NCBI GenBank assembly: GCA_964506035.1
Contig: CAZDLE010000001.1
Coordinates: 109 to 46,041 of the forward strand
Source: an uncultured Oscillospiraceae bacterium
Lineage (GTDB): Bacteria > Bacillota > Clostridia > Christensenellales > CAG-314
Length of the DNA stretch: 45,933 nt
Direction: 5' to 3'
The notes below the pieces were generated by a model. That model was not told the DNA's origin, did not search any database, and was given only the letters and a program-made list of their open reading frames with translations. The translations under genes were made by a program, and so were the position numbers. Every line of letters starts with the position of its first letter. Positions within the stretch are counted from its first letter, which is position 1. This document shows, in pieces, positions 1 to 11,354 of the stretch.

Positions 1-1
1 C

Positions 2-733
2 AACATCATAAAAGACAACACAAAACTGCGCACAATCACCGCAGAAATGGTGTCCGTAGCATCCCAAAAGTGGGTTGCAAATCAACCGTTTATGGGCTTT
101 AACCTAAAGGAATCACTCGATCCCGACTACAAAGATGCTTTAGATATTGTGCTTGGCAAACTCACCACCACAACGGAATCCACCGTTATTGACGATCTAA
201 ACGACCTTGTTGATACAATCGAAACGGTACAGTTGATTTATCACTACGCTAACTTGCTAAACAACAAGGCAGCCTTGGACGAACTTAACGGCGCATTGAA
301 AAACGTTTTGGACAGCCTAAACCAAGATACGGCAGACATCATGAACAGTCTTGTAGACGACAATGCAGTGAAAAAATTTGGTATCACAGACGAAAAAAGC
401 GCCACCGTCGTTAGGGATTTGGTTGCCGACGTGGTAAGCAGTGCGTTGGACGAAGAAGCGCAAACGGAAAGCGACGCCAAAGCAATCAATAGCATCATCA
501 ACTTTGCAACTGGCGGTGATATTTCCGCAAAGGACGTTGTAGAAAACATTGCCGAATCATCCGCCGTTCAAAACGCAATCGACAAAGCTCTTACGGTGGA
601 AGAAGGCGAATCCGCCCCCTATATCGCAGTGGAAAACAGAGATAAAATTGCCGAAGCCCTAAACGACGAATCGCTGGAAATTGACGACGAACTTAAAGGA
701 AAAATCAAGGACTTGTTTGGCATCCACGAATAA
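2..733 (+). CDS. Hypothetical acidic, helical protein, 5'-truncated (C-terminal part only)
   Basis: The frame of ORF 47..733 is open back to base 2. Codon usage is host-like, the product is Asp/Glu-rich, and a terminator follows. No family recognised. Confidence 0.75.
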   Translation, partial: NIIKDNTKLRTITAEMVSVASQKWVANQPFMGFNLKESLDPDYKDALDIVLGKLTTTTESTVIDDLNDLVDTIETVQLIYHYANLLNNKAALDELNGALKNVLDSLNQDTADIMNSLVDDNAVKKFGITDEKSATVVRDLVADVVSSALDEEAQTESDAKAINSIINFATGGDISAKDVVENIAESSAVQNAIDKALTVEEGESAPYIAVENRDKIAEALNDESLEIDDELKGKIKDLFGIHE

Positions 734-829
734 TTGCTTGTTTAGTTCGAAACGATAGTTGCATTTCAACACAACGGTAATGCTACTTTGTTTGTGCCGT
801 CAACTACAATAAAATATCCAAGAATTATC

Positions 830-861
830 AAAAGCAATCAGGCAACCGCTTGGTTGCTTTT
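830..861 (+). terminator. Intrinsic terminator hairpin
   Basis: AAAAGCAATCAGG-caaccg-CTTGGTTGCTTTT stem with two G-U pairs, downstream of the first CDS. Confidence 0.65.
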
Positions 862-938
862 GCTTTGTCCACCCCTTGCAAAACACCGCGTCGGCACTTT
901 GGCTTGCCAAAAACACACGATAGGATATTTCAACAACG

Positions 939-1056
939 GTAGGGGAGGGTTTGCTCCTCCCGCAACCTTGTGGCAATCAACAACAAACGTCGGTGCAGAC
1001 CGTGTGTAAAACGTATAGTTATTCTAATCAAGGTAGGGACGACCGGTGGTCGCCTG
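939..1056 (+). repeat. Cluster of 2-3 degenerate GTAG-type REP-like palindromes
   Basis: GTAG-GGGAGG-gtttgct-CCTCCC (939-962) and GTAG-GGACGACC-ggt-GGTCGCCT (1033-1056), plus a decayed copy GTCGGTGCAGACCGTGTGT (989-1007). These are GC-rich islands in an AT-rich spacer. Confidence 0.55.
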
Positions 1057-1184
1057 CCACCTCGTGAAAAGTCCGCTGTTACAATCAATACGAAGTCAAT
1101 ATTTTGCCTAATGGTAAAATTTTCGCAAAACTATCATCTTGACGTAAAAAATTTAATATTCGTGCACAAAATTAAAATTACATC

Positions 1185-1213
1185 TTGAAAACTGTTTTTA
1201 GATAATATATAAT
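1185..1213 (+). promoter_or_regulatory. sigmaA-type promoter of the glycerol operon
   Basis: TTGAAA-17 nt-TATAAT. Confidence 0.65.
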
Positions 1214-1298
1214 GTTTATATATGCAATTTGAACGTCAAAAAAACTGCGGATTGCCGTTTGTGGTGTTGGTAGCTCAAATTGCGTACAAGGAGGACTA

Positions 1299-2726
1299 AT
1301 GAAAGACGTAATTATTATCGGTGGCGGTGTAATTGGATGTTCCGTTGCACGTGAATTATCTCGCTTTTGCGCAGATATTTTGTTGTTGGAAAAGGGCAAC
1401 GACGTTTCCGTGGGCACAAGCAAGGCAAACAGCGGTATTGTGCACGGCGGTTACGATGCCAAACCCAACAGCAAAAAGGCGTACTACAACGTAAAAGGCA
1501 ATGCAATGTTCGACGACCTTTCCAAGGAACTGGATTTTCCCTTTCGCAGAAACGGTTCTATGGTGCTTTGCTTTGATGCCGACCAAAAACAAGGTTTGCA
1601 AGACCTTCTCGACCGTGGCGAACAAAACGGCGTAAAAGGTTTGTACGTTGTGGATGGCGAAAAAGCGCGTCAAATGGAACCGTATTTGTCGCAAGAAGTT
1701 GCCTACGCTTTGGTAATCCCCAGTGGCGGTATTGTTTCTCCTTACGAAATGACCATTGCCTATGCGGAAAACGCCTGCACAAACGGTGTACAGTTCCGTT
1801 TTGAAAGCCAAGTTGTAAACGTTGCCAAAGCGGACGGTATTTTTACCGTTACTTGCGCCGACGGTTTTGTAGAGCAAGCAAAGGTTGTTGTAAACGCGGC
1901 AGGTTTGTACGCCGACGAAATCAACAATATGATTTGCCAACGCAAATATCACACCCACGCACGCAAGGGCGACTACGTTTTGATGGACAAATCTTGCGGA
2001 TATCTTGCAGATCACACATTGTTTCAAATGCCCACCAAAATGGGCAAAGGTATTTTGGTTACTCCAACTACCCACGGCAACATTTTGGTTGGACCAACCG
2101 CAACCGACCGTGAGGACAAAACGGATGTAAACACCACCGTAGACGAGCTTTCCGAAGCGTTTGTAAAAGGGTTACTTTCCGTGCCGACGTTGTCCAAGCG
2201 CAACATCATCACACAGTTTAGCGGATTGCGTGCTCACATCGACGAAAACGATTTCGTTGTGGAAGAAAGCCAAGTGGAAGGTTTCTATAATCTTATTGGT
2301 ATCGAGTCCCCGGGGCTTTCCGCCGCACCTGCAATAGCAGTGGAAGTGGCAGGTTGGGTATCTCAAAAACTCGCATTGCAACCCAAAAAGGATTTTGTTG
2401 CAACACGCAAAGGTATTCCGCAATTTTCTCGACTTTCCCACGCCGAACGTCAAAAACTTATCGACCAAAACCCACTTTTCGGCAATATTGTTTGCCGTTG
2501 CGAAGTGGTTACCGAGGGGGAAATTGTCGAAGCAATACGTCGCAAACCGGGCGCAGTAGATTTGGACGGCGTAAAACGTCGCACACGCGCAGGTATGGGA
2601 CGTTGCCAAGCAGGTTTCTGCACACCGCGTATCATGGAAATTATCTCGCGCGAACTTAACCTTCCGTTGGAACAAGTTACCAAGCGTGGCGGAAACAGCC
2701 AAGTTGTGATAGGGAGAACCAAGTAG
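1299..2726 (+). CDS. FAD-dependent oxidoreductase with C-terminal BFD-like [2Fe-2S] domain (GlpA-like glycerol-3-phosphate dehydrogenase subunit)
   Basis: GGGVIG Rossmann motif, TSKANSGIVHGG, C-terminal CRCE...RAGMGRCQAGFC. RBS AGGAGG. Same operon as glpK. Confidence 0.88.
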   Translation: MKDVIIIGGGVIGCSVARELSRFCADILLLEKGNDVSVGTSKANSGIVHGGYDAKPNSKKAYYNVKGNAMFDDLSKELDFPFRRNGSMVLCFDADQKQGLQDLLDRGEQNGVKGLYVVDGEKARQMEPYLSQEVAYALVIPSGGIVSPYEMTIAYAENACTNGVQFRFESQVVNVAKADGIFTVTCADGFVEQAKVVVNAAGLYADEINNMICQRKYHTHARKGDYVLMDKSCGYLADHTLFQMPTKMGKGILVTPTTHGNILVGPTATDREDKTDVNTTVDELSEAFVKGLLSVPTLSKRNIITQFSGLRAHIDENDFVVEESQVEGFYNLIGIESPGLSAAPAIAVEVAGWVSQKLALQPKKDFVATRKGIPQFSRLSHAERQKLIDQNPLFGNIVCRCEVVTEGEIVEAIRRKPGAVDLDGVKRRTRAGMGRCQAGFCTPRIMEIISRELNLPLEQVTKRGGNSQVVIGRTK

Positions 2727-2727
2727 C

Positions 2728-3984
2728 ATGAAAAACATCAATTTAGTTATCGTTGGTGGCGGTCCGGCAGGTCTTGCTGCTGCAAAATCCGCCTACGACT
2801 GTGGTGAAAAAGACATTTTAATTTTGGAACGCGAAGCGGAACTGGGTGGTATTTTGAACCAGTGTATTCACAACGGTTTCGGTTTGCACACCTTCAAGGA
2901 AGAACTTACCGGTCCGGAATATGCTCAAAGATATATCGACCAAGTTGTTGAACGCAATATCGACTATCGCACAAACGCTACCGTTATCGACGTTTCGGCA
3001 GACAAAGTTGTAACCTACGTTTCCGCAACGGACGGACTTACCCAAGTGCAAGCCAAGGCGATAATCCTTGCTTGTGGCTGTCGCGAACGTCCACGTGGTG
3101 CAATCAACATTGCAGGTATGCGTGGCGCAGGTGTATTTTCCGCAGGAACGGCACAAAAACTTGTAAATATCAACGGCTACTTGCCCGGCAAAGAATGTGT
3201 AATTTTGGGCAGTGGCGATATCGGTCTTATCATGGCGCGCCGTATGACGTTCGAAGGTGCCAAGGTAAAAGCCGTTGTAGAACTTATGCCCTATTCGTCG
3301 GGACTTAACCGCAATATCGTGCAATGCCTAAACGACTTCAACATCCCCTTGTATTTCTCTCACACCGTGGTAGATATCAAGGGTAAGGACCGTGTTACCG
3401 GTGTTGTCGTTGCCCCCGTGGACGAAAAACTTGCACCCATTATGGACAAAGCACAACTTATCGAGTGCGACACGTTGTTGCTTTCGGTAGGATTGTTGCC
3501 GGAAAACGAACTTGCAAAGCAAGGCGGTGTTCAACTTTCCACTGTCACCGGCGGTGCAGTTGTGGACGAAAACATGATGACGAATATCGACGGTGTGTTC
3601 GAGTGCGGTAACGTTTTGCACGTACACGACCTTGTAGACTTTGTTTCTGCCGAAAGCGAAAACGCCGGCAAATGCGCAGTAGACTATATCAACAACGGTG
3701 CCGTCTGCAAGGAGAAAATCGCCATCAACTGCACAAACGGAGTGCGTTATTGCGTACCTACTCAACTCAACCGCGACCAAAACTATCAACCACTCAGCTT
3801 CAAAATGCGCGTTTCCAACGTGTTCAAAAAGGTGGAACTGGCAATTTTTGCCGACGGCGTAAAGGTGTTTGGCAAAAAACGCCCCGTCGTTGCCCCCGGC
3901 GAAATGGAAAACGTCAATTTGACTGCCGAGCAGGTGCAAGCACTCAAAAATGCACAACAAGTTGAAATCACTTTGATAAAGTAA
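2728..3984 (+). CDS. NAD(P)/FAD-dependent (pyridine nucleotide-disulfide type) oxidoreductase, partner of the GlpA-like subunit
   Basis: GGGPAG, LGGILNQCIHNGFG, GSGDIG and GNVLHVHDLVD motifs. One-base gap after the previous gene. Confidence 0.87.
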   Translation: MKNINLVIVGGGPAGLAAAKSAYDCGEKDILILEREAELGGILNQCIHNGFGLHTFKEELTGPEYAQRYIDQVVERNIDYRTNATVIDVSADKVVTYVSATDGLTQVQAKAIILACGCRERPRGAINIAGMRGAGVFSAGTAQKLVNINGYLPGKECVILGSGDIGLIMARRMTFEGAKVKAVVELMPYSSGLNRNIVQCLNDFNIPLYFSHTVVDIKGKDRVTGVVVAPVDEKLAPIMDKAQLIECDTLLLSVGLLPENELAKQGGVQLSTVTGGAVVDENMMTNIDGVFECGNVLHVHDLVDFVSAESENAGKCAVDYINNGAVCKEKIAINCTNGVRYCVPTQLNRDQNYQPLSFKMRVSNVFKKVELAIFADGVKVFGKKRPVVAPGEMENVNLTAEQVQALKNAQQVEITLIK

Positions 3985-3997
3985 AGGAGAGTTAGCT

Positions 3998-4357
3998 ATG
4001 AGAGAAATGATTTGTATAAACTGCCCACTGGGTTGCCATTTAACCGTAGACGACTCCAATTTGGACGATATCAAAGTAACAGGCAACACCTGTCCGCGCG
4101 GAGTTACCTATGCCAAAAACGAAATCACCAGTCCTAAGCGTATGGTAACGGGATCGGTACGTGTAGAGGGCGGTAACCTTGCAATGGTATCGGTAAAAAC
4201 ACGCGAAGCTATCCCCAAACAACTTATTTTTGATAGTTTGCAAACGCTAAAAACCGTTGTTTTGAGCGCTCCCGTTCATATCGGTGACGTGGTTGTTGCC
4301 AACGTTTGCGGTTGCGGTGTAGATATCGTTGCCACCAAGGAAATCGAAAAAATCTAA
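3998..4357 (+). CDS. DUF1667-type CxxC protein (small subunit of the clostridial glycerol oxidoreductase cluster)
   Basis: CINCPLGC...GNTCPRG motif. RBS AAGGAG. Typical third gene of this cluster. Confidence 0.85.
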   Translation: MREMICINCPLGCHLTVDDSNLDDIKVTGNTCPRGVTYAKNEITSPKRMVTGSVRVEGGNLAMVSVKTREAIPKQLIFDSLQTLKTVVLSAPVHIGDVVVANVCGCGVDIVATKEIEKI

Positions 4358-4547
4358 TAAAGCACAACAAAACCAATCAAAAAATCTATATTAAATAGCA
4401 AATAAAAAATCGTGCATCGAGATATGTAAAAATAGAAATATCTAACAAACAGTTGCATGATACACAAAAGAATAAACAATTTCCAACGTCACAAATCAAA
4501 ACGTTACCCACGACTATCACGTCTGCTAAGGCAAAAGGAGCACCACA

Positions 4548-6032
4548 ATGAAATATATTTTAGCACTTGACCAAGGCACAACCAGTTCTCGCGCAATCGT
4601 CTTTGACAAACACGGACAAATCGTTGGCAAAGCCCAGCAGGAGTTTGAGCAAATCTACCCCAAGGCTGGCTGGGTGGAACACCGTCCGCAGGAAATTTAC
4701 GGCTCGCAAATTGCCGTAATGACGGAAGCAATCGTCCGCGCAAACATTTCCGTTGACGATATTTTGTCCATTGGTATCACCAACCAACGCGAAACCACCT
4801 TCGTTTGGGATCGCAAAACAGGTCAACCGGTGTACAATGCTATTGTTTGGCAATGCCGAAGAACTGCCGACTACTGCGAACAACTAAAAAAGCAGGGTTG
4901 GAGCGAAAAAATCTACGCCAAAACGGGACTTGTTTTGGATGCGTATTTTTCCGCAACGAAAATCAAGTGGATTTTGGACAACGTCCCCGGTGCGCGCGAA
5001 CGTGCCGAAAACGGTGACCTTATTTTTGGTACGGTAGATACCTTCATCATGTGGAAATTGTCCAACGGACGTATTTTTGCTACCGACTACACCAACGCAA
5101 GCCGAACCATGCTCTACAATATCCACACCCTCGATTGGGACGACGAATTATTGCAATTGTTTGGTATTCCGCGCAGTATGTTGCCAAAGGTTTGCCCGTC
5201 CGGTTACAACTACGGCCACACGGAAGAAACCTTTATCGGTAGGGAAGTTCCCATTTGCGGTGTCGTTGGCGACCAACAATCGGCATTGTTTGGACATCTT
5301 TGCGTAAACAAAGGAGATATCAAAAATACCTACGGAACAGGTTGCTTTTTGTTGATGAACACGGGCGACGTTGCTGTAGAAAGCAAAAACGGACTCGTCA
5401 CCACCCTTGGAGCATGCATCGACGGGCAAAAACCGCAGTATATTTTGGAAGGGTCGGTGTTTATCGGCGGTGCAATCAATCAATGGTTGCGTGACGAAAT
5501 GCGTATGATTCGTTCCGCTCCCGAAACGGAAACTTATGCAAAACGTGTTCCCGACACAAACGGCGTGTATATCGTGCCTGCCTTCACGGGACTGGGCGCA
5601 CCCTATTGGGATGCCGACGCACGCGGAACGGTTGTTGGCATCACACGTGGAACCAGCAAGGAACACTTTATTCGTGCTGCCTTGGAATCAATCGACTACC
5701 AAGTTTACGACCTTGTAAACGCAATGAAAAAGGATAGCGGAGCGCAAATAACCAGCCTTCGCGTAGACGGTGGCGCAAGCGCAAACGACTTTTTGATGCA
5801 GTTCCAATCGGACGTTTTGGACGCGCAAGTTGTCCGCCCCAAAGTGGTGGAAGTTACAGCCCTCGGCGCTGCATACCTTGCAGGACTTATCTCCGGCTAC
5901 TGGAAAGATATCGACGATATTCGTGCAAATATCGAAATTGATAGAGTTTTCAAACCAAACATGACGGAGCAAAAACGCACCCAACTTATCGACGGTTGGA
6001 ACCACGCCGTTCGTCAAACCCGCCTAAAGTAG
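4548..6032 (+). CDS. glpK: Glycerol kinase
   Basis: [42 protein letters not shown] motifs. Confidence 0.97.
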   Translation: MKYILALDQGTTSSRAIVFDKHGQIVGKAQQEFEQIYPKAGWVEHRPQEIYGSQIAVMTEAIVRANISVDDILSIGITNQRETTFVWDRKTGQPVYNAIVWQCRRTADYCEQLKKQGWSEKIYAKTGLVLDAYFSATKIKWILDNVPGARERAENGDLIFGTVDTFIMWKLSNGRIFATDYTNASRTMLYNIHTLDWDDELLQLFGIPRSMLPKVCPSGYNYGHTEETFIGREVPICGVVGDQQSALFGHLCVNKGDIKNTYGTGCFLLMNTGDVAVESKNGLVTTLGACIDGQKPQYILEGSVFIGGAINQWLRDEMRMIRSAPETETYAKRVPDTNGVYIVPAFTGLGAPYWDADARGTVVGITRGTSKEHFIRAALESIDYQVYDLVNAMKKDSGAQITSLRVDGGASANDFLMQFQSDVLDAQVVRPKVVEVTALGAAYLAGLISGYWKDIDDIRANIEIDRVFKPNMTEQKRTQLIDGWNHAVRQTRLK

Positions 6033-6247
6033 AGTTGTTTTACGTATTGTAGTTGTTGTTTTGTATTAAAATTCAAACAAACCTCGCAAAGCTCACCAAA
6101 AGTTTGCATCATATCACGCTAAAACCGTTTTAGATTTGTTTGTGATTGTACGTAACGTTACAACCGCTTTGCCGAAAAACAACGAAGGTTTTATCAATCG
6201 CTATTTCGCAAAATCGCAATTTACTGAAATAATCATAATTACACAAC

Positions 6248-6279
6248 AAAAGACCTTGTCAAACGTGACAAGGTCTTTT
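6248..6279. terminator. Bidirectional intrinsic terminator
   Basis: AAAAGACCTTGTC-aaacgt-GACAAGGTCTTTT perfect inverted repeat between convergent glpK and the ArsR gene. Confidence 0.85.
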
Positions 6280-6488
6280 ACTATCAAATCAATATAATTT
6301 ATCTATCAACGCAAATGGCAGTTTTACAAAACGATATTGCAAATTTTGGCAAAATCGCCGTTGTAGGTGGTGTGGACGGGCGCAATATCGCTGTTGTGGG
6401 CAATATGCACGCAATTTGTGGTGTCTATTGCATTTTTACGTAACTATTTTTCGTCCACATTGTAGCACAAAGGCGGATTTTTGTTACG

Positions 6489-6818
6489 TCAATAACCTAA
6501 ATATTCCACCCCCACAAGCAAAATTTCGTTGATTTTTGGGTTGGCAATTTTGTATTTAAGTATCTTGCCAAATCGAGTACGTTCCACAATGCCCACGTCA
6601 CGCAATAATCGTAGTTGGTGCGATACCGTCGTTTGGTTAAGTTGCAAAACTCGCGCAAGGTCGGTTACGCACAGCGGAGCAATTGCCAAGGCGGAAAGCA
6701 TCCTAACGCGCGTTTGGTCGGCAAGTAGTGCAAAAAATCGTGCAATTTTGCAGGTGTCTTGCGACGTTGGCATGTAACTATCTAAATCGTCCAAAATTTG
6801 AGCTGTTGCTTGTAGCAT
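6489..6818 (-). CDS. ArsR/SmtB-family transcriptional regulator
   Basis: FALLADQTRVRML...LCVTDLARVLQLNQTTVSHQLRLLR winged HTH. Start moved to ATG 6818 behind a GGAAGGTGG RBS. Confidence 0.88.
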   Translation of the reverse strand: MLQATAQILDDLDSYMPTSQDTCKIARFFALLADQTRVRMLSALAIAPLCVTDLARVLQLNQTTVSHQLRLLRDVGIVERTRFGKILKYKIANPKINEILLVGVEYLGY

Positions 6819-6886
6819 AAAACCACCTTCCCCCAAGTATATTGTTACAGGTTGTACCTTTTTTGCAACAAAAATTATACATTTGT

Positions 6887-6915
6887 AACAATGTCGAAAA
6901 CTTGCGCATATTGTA
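6887..6915 (+). promoter_or_regulatory. Putative sigmaK-type promoter containing a Spo0A box
   Basis: AACA-16 nt-CATATTGTA matches the mACm-N16-CATAnnnTA consensus. TGTCGAA (0A box) lies at 6892-6898. Confidence 0.5.
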
Positions 6916-6952
6916 AGATAAAAACAATCTTTGGAAAATCAAGGGGGAAACT

Positions 6953-7168
6953 ATGAACATAACTCGAAGCTTGCTGTACCTTTTGCTGTTGTACGCCGTG
7001 TTAGACAAGGACAACAAATTGTCGCTAACCACGGGGCTGACAATTGCCTTTGTGATAATGCTACTAAATTGCTATTTTGGTAATAATTTGGGATGTGGCA
7101 ACAATGCACGAAACGGCAACGGAAACAACTGTTGTTGCGGTTCCTTTTTGAATCTCAACAACATTTAG
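6953..7168 (+). CDS. Small 71-aa protein with hydrophobic N-terminus and Asn/Gly/Cys-rich tail (possible spore coat protein)
   Basis: Strong RBS AAGGGGG upstream of ATG, a CCC-containing low-complexity tail and a sigmaK-like promoter. Confidence 0.7.
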   Translation: MNITRSLLYLLLLYAVLDKDNKLSLTTGLTIAFVIMLLNCYFGNNLGCGNNARNGNGNNCCCGSFLNLNNI

Positions 7169-7394
7169 CACTCTGCTTTTTGTCCAAAAACTCAACACGT
7201 ATTGCGATTTTTACGAAAAAAGAGCCGTTTTTTGCAACAAACGGATGCAAAAACACGTCCATCTACATGATTTTTCCGTGGACGTTTGTAAGAATGTCAA
7301 AACGTTACTTTGCACGTAAAAATCATCACCCTTTTATACCCACATTGATAAAAACAAATAGACGATTTTAACACCTAACTTGATAAAAACAAAC

Positions 7395-7420
7395 AACGAG
7401 ACGATTTTTTTCGTCTCGTT
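7395..7420. terminator. Terminator hairpin between the convergent small gene and recF
   Basis: AACGAGACGA-tttttt-TCGTCTCGTT. Confidence 0.7.
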
Positions 7421-7540
7421 ATTTTGTGCTTAAATACCTTTTTATCCTGTCTTGTGCTTAAAAGCCGTTGTTTTTTTGATTGTATTTGTTTTCTGCAAAT
7501 CATCAATATTTAGTTTTTGTAGGTTTTATCAAACGTCGTT

Positions 7541-8641
7541 TTATTGTTTTTCTCTGCAAACGCCGTTGGTAATGGTAAATTGTTTACATTCGCCAAGCAG
7601 TTCCGCAGGGATTTCCGTTGCGCTGGTAAGCAAAATTTGCAGTCGTTTGTCAAAGTTAAGTAGGCGTTTTTGCCTGTCGTAGTCCAACTCGCTAAGCACG
7701 TCGTCCAAAAGCAACACTGGGTATTCGCCGATTATGTCCTTAAAAATCATCAACTCGGCAAGTTTTAGCGAAAGTGCGGTGGTGCGCAACTGTCCTTGGC
7801 TACCGAAAGCACGCACGTCCACGCCGTTTACCTTCAAACAGATGTCGTCGCGTTGGCATCCAACGGAGGTGTGTCGCAGTGCAAAATCCTTTTCTACGCT
7901 GTTTTGCAACAAATTTAGGTAGTTTTGTGTCAAATCTTTGATGTTTTCGCCGTCGATTTGCGTAACGTAGCTCAAATCCAAAGTTTCTTTGCCGTCCGTC
8001 AGTTTTTCGTGACAGCGTTTTGCGTACACCTTCAATTTTTCGCAAAAAGCTTTGCGCTTTGCAACGACTCGCGCGCCTTCTTCGGCAATTTGCTGGTCCC
8101 ACACAAACACCGTTTCGCGTAAATTGTCTACGCTAAACGCCGATTTCAACAAGTTGTTGCGTTGCGCCAACGCCTTGTTGAACCGTTGCAAACTGTAAAA
8201 ATAGTTTTTGTCCGTCTGGCAAAGGTCAATATCTAAAAATCTACGACGTTCCGCCGGCGATTGTGAAATTATTTTTATCTCGTTGGGGGAAAAGTAGATA
8301 CAGTTAAGGTACCCCATCAACTCCGCCATTTTTGTGATGGCAACGCTGTTTACGGCAATGCGTTTTTTGCCCTGCGTTTTGATATCGAAGGAAATTTCGC
8401 CATCGCCGTAACGACAGTTGTAGTTTACCTTTACAAAGGCGTTTTGTTGTTCCCAGCAAACCAAGTCTTTGTCCTTGTCGGTGCGGGGGGATTTCCCAAT
8501 ACAACACAAATAAACGCTTTCCACAAGATTTGTCTTGCCTTGAGCGTTGTCTCCAACAAAAATATTCAACCCGTCACCCAGCACAACTTTTTGTTGCGCC
8601 AAGTTTCGATAGTTGCTAAGTTGTATTTGCGTTACCTTCAT
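7541..8641 (-). CDS. recF: DNA replication/repair protein RecF
   Basis: Walker A GDNAQGKTN, SPAERRRFLD, FGSQGQLRT, PVLLLDDVLSELD. Confidence 0.96.
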   Translation of the reverse strand: MKVTQIQLSNYRNLAQQKVVLGDGLNIFVGDNAQGKTNLVESVYLCCIGKSPRTDKDKDLVCWEQQNAFVKVNYNCRYGDGEISFDIKTQGKKRIAVNSVAITKMAELMGYLNCIYFSPNEIKIISQSPAERRRFLDIDLCQTDKNYFYSLQRFNKALAQRNNLLKSAFSVDNLRETVFVWDQQIAEEGARVVAKRKAFCEKLKVYAKRCHEKLTDGKETLDLSYVTQIDGENIKDLTQNYLNLLQNSVEKDFALRHTSVGCQRDDICLKVNGVDVRAFGSQGQLRTTALSLKLAELMIFKDIIGEYPVLLLDDVLSELDYDRQKRLLNFDKRLQILLTSATEIPAELLGECKQFTITNGVCREKQ

Positions 8642-8905
8642 TTTTACCCTTTAATCAACAATTTGTCACAAAAACATGCATACGTATCCCATTATTTTGT
8701 ACAATTTGCGTTTTATGCGACTGTTATTAGCCCACTTGATAGTGCGGATTGTACGCAACAAACAACGGTGGTGCAAACCTTTGCAACTTGCCGTTTTGTC
8801 CAACCGCTATTTTATGGGATTACCGTTTTGTTGGATTTTGATTTGTTAGATTTTGTTCGATTGCGTTTTTTGCGATTTAACAATCCAAATTGCACGTCAC
8901 CAATA

Positions 8906-8934
8906 ATTATACCACAAACCTTGACAACTTTCAA
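8906..8934 (-). promoter_or_regulatory. sigmaA-type promoter of recF
   Basis: Minus strand TTGAAA-17 nt-TATAAT with extended TG. Confidence 0.7.
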
Positions 8935-9086
8935 CTGTTGATAAAAACATTGTTGCACGGCTTTAGAGCAAAGTTATATCAACGTCAACTATTTATTCAA
9001 ACTAAGGTCAATTTGCCCGAATTTTGGCTGTTACGCCCCCAAAACGACATATTTCGCAAAAATGTTCAAAAAAGTATTTCAAACCG

Positions 9087-9116
9087 TTGTACAATTGTTT
9101 TATAATATGATATAAT
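9087..9116 (+). promoter_or_regulatory. sigmaA-type promoter of gyrB-gyrA-argS
   Basis: TTGTAC-18 nt-TATAAT with extended -10 (TGnTATAAT). Confidence 0.6.
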
Positions 9117-9218
9117 TTATATAAATATAAAGGGTGGAAATTTTGCTTGTTACGGTCGCTTTTTGGTGCGATAGCATAGCGACGTTTTTGTGCTTGGTTG
9201 CAACGATATCTGCAGTAC

Positions 9219-9368
9219 GTCAAAGTGATAGCATATTAAACCGGTAGCACGCAAACAAATGGCGTATCAAACAGATATTTTATCAAAATGATACCGTATC
9301 AAATTGATGCCACGTCAAACTGATAGTGCAACAAATCGAAAGCGTATCAAACTATCGGCGACGTCAAC
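9219..9368. repeat. Degenerate 16-bp tandem array (about 9 units) with palindromic TATCA-N3-TGATA core
   Basis: Units start at 9219, 9235, 9251, 9266, 9282, 9298, 9314, 9330 and 9346. Examples: gtcaaagtgatagcat, atcaaaatgataccgt, atcaaattgatgccac, gtcaaactgatagtgc. Confidence 0.75.
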
Positions 9369-9388
9369 GCAAAAATTTTCAACGATAA

Positions 9389-11341
<1,953 letters not shown>

Positions 11342-11354
11342 GAGGTAGCATACA

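Noticed and set aside
1299-6032. Glycerol oxidoreductase cluster as a novel system
   Set aside because: The GlpA-like, oxidoreductase, DUF1667 and glpK arrangement is common in anaerobic Firmicutes.
9219-9368. parS sites as the identity of the 16-bp array
   Set aside because: The units do not resemble the TGTTTCACGTGAAACA consensus.
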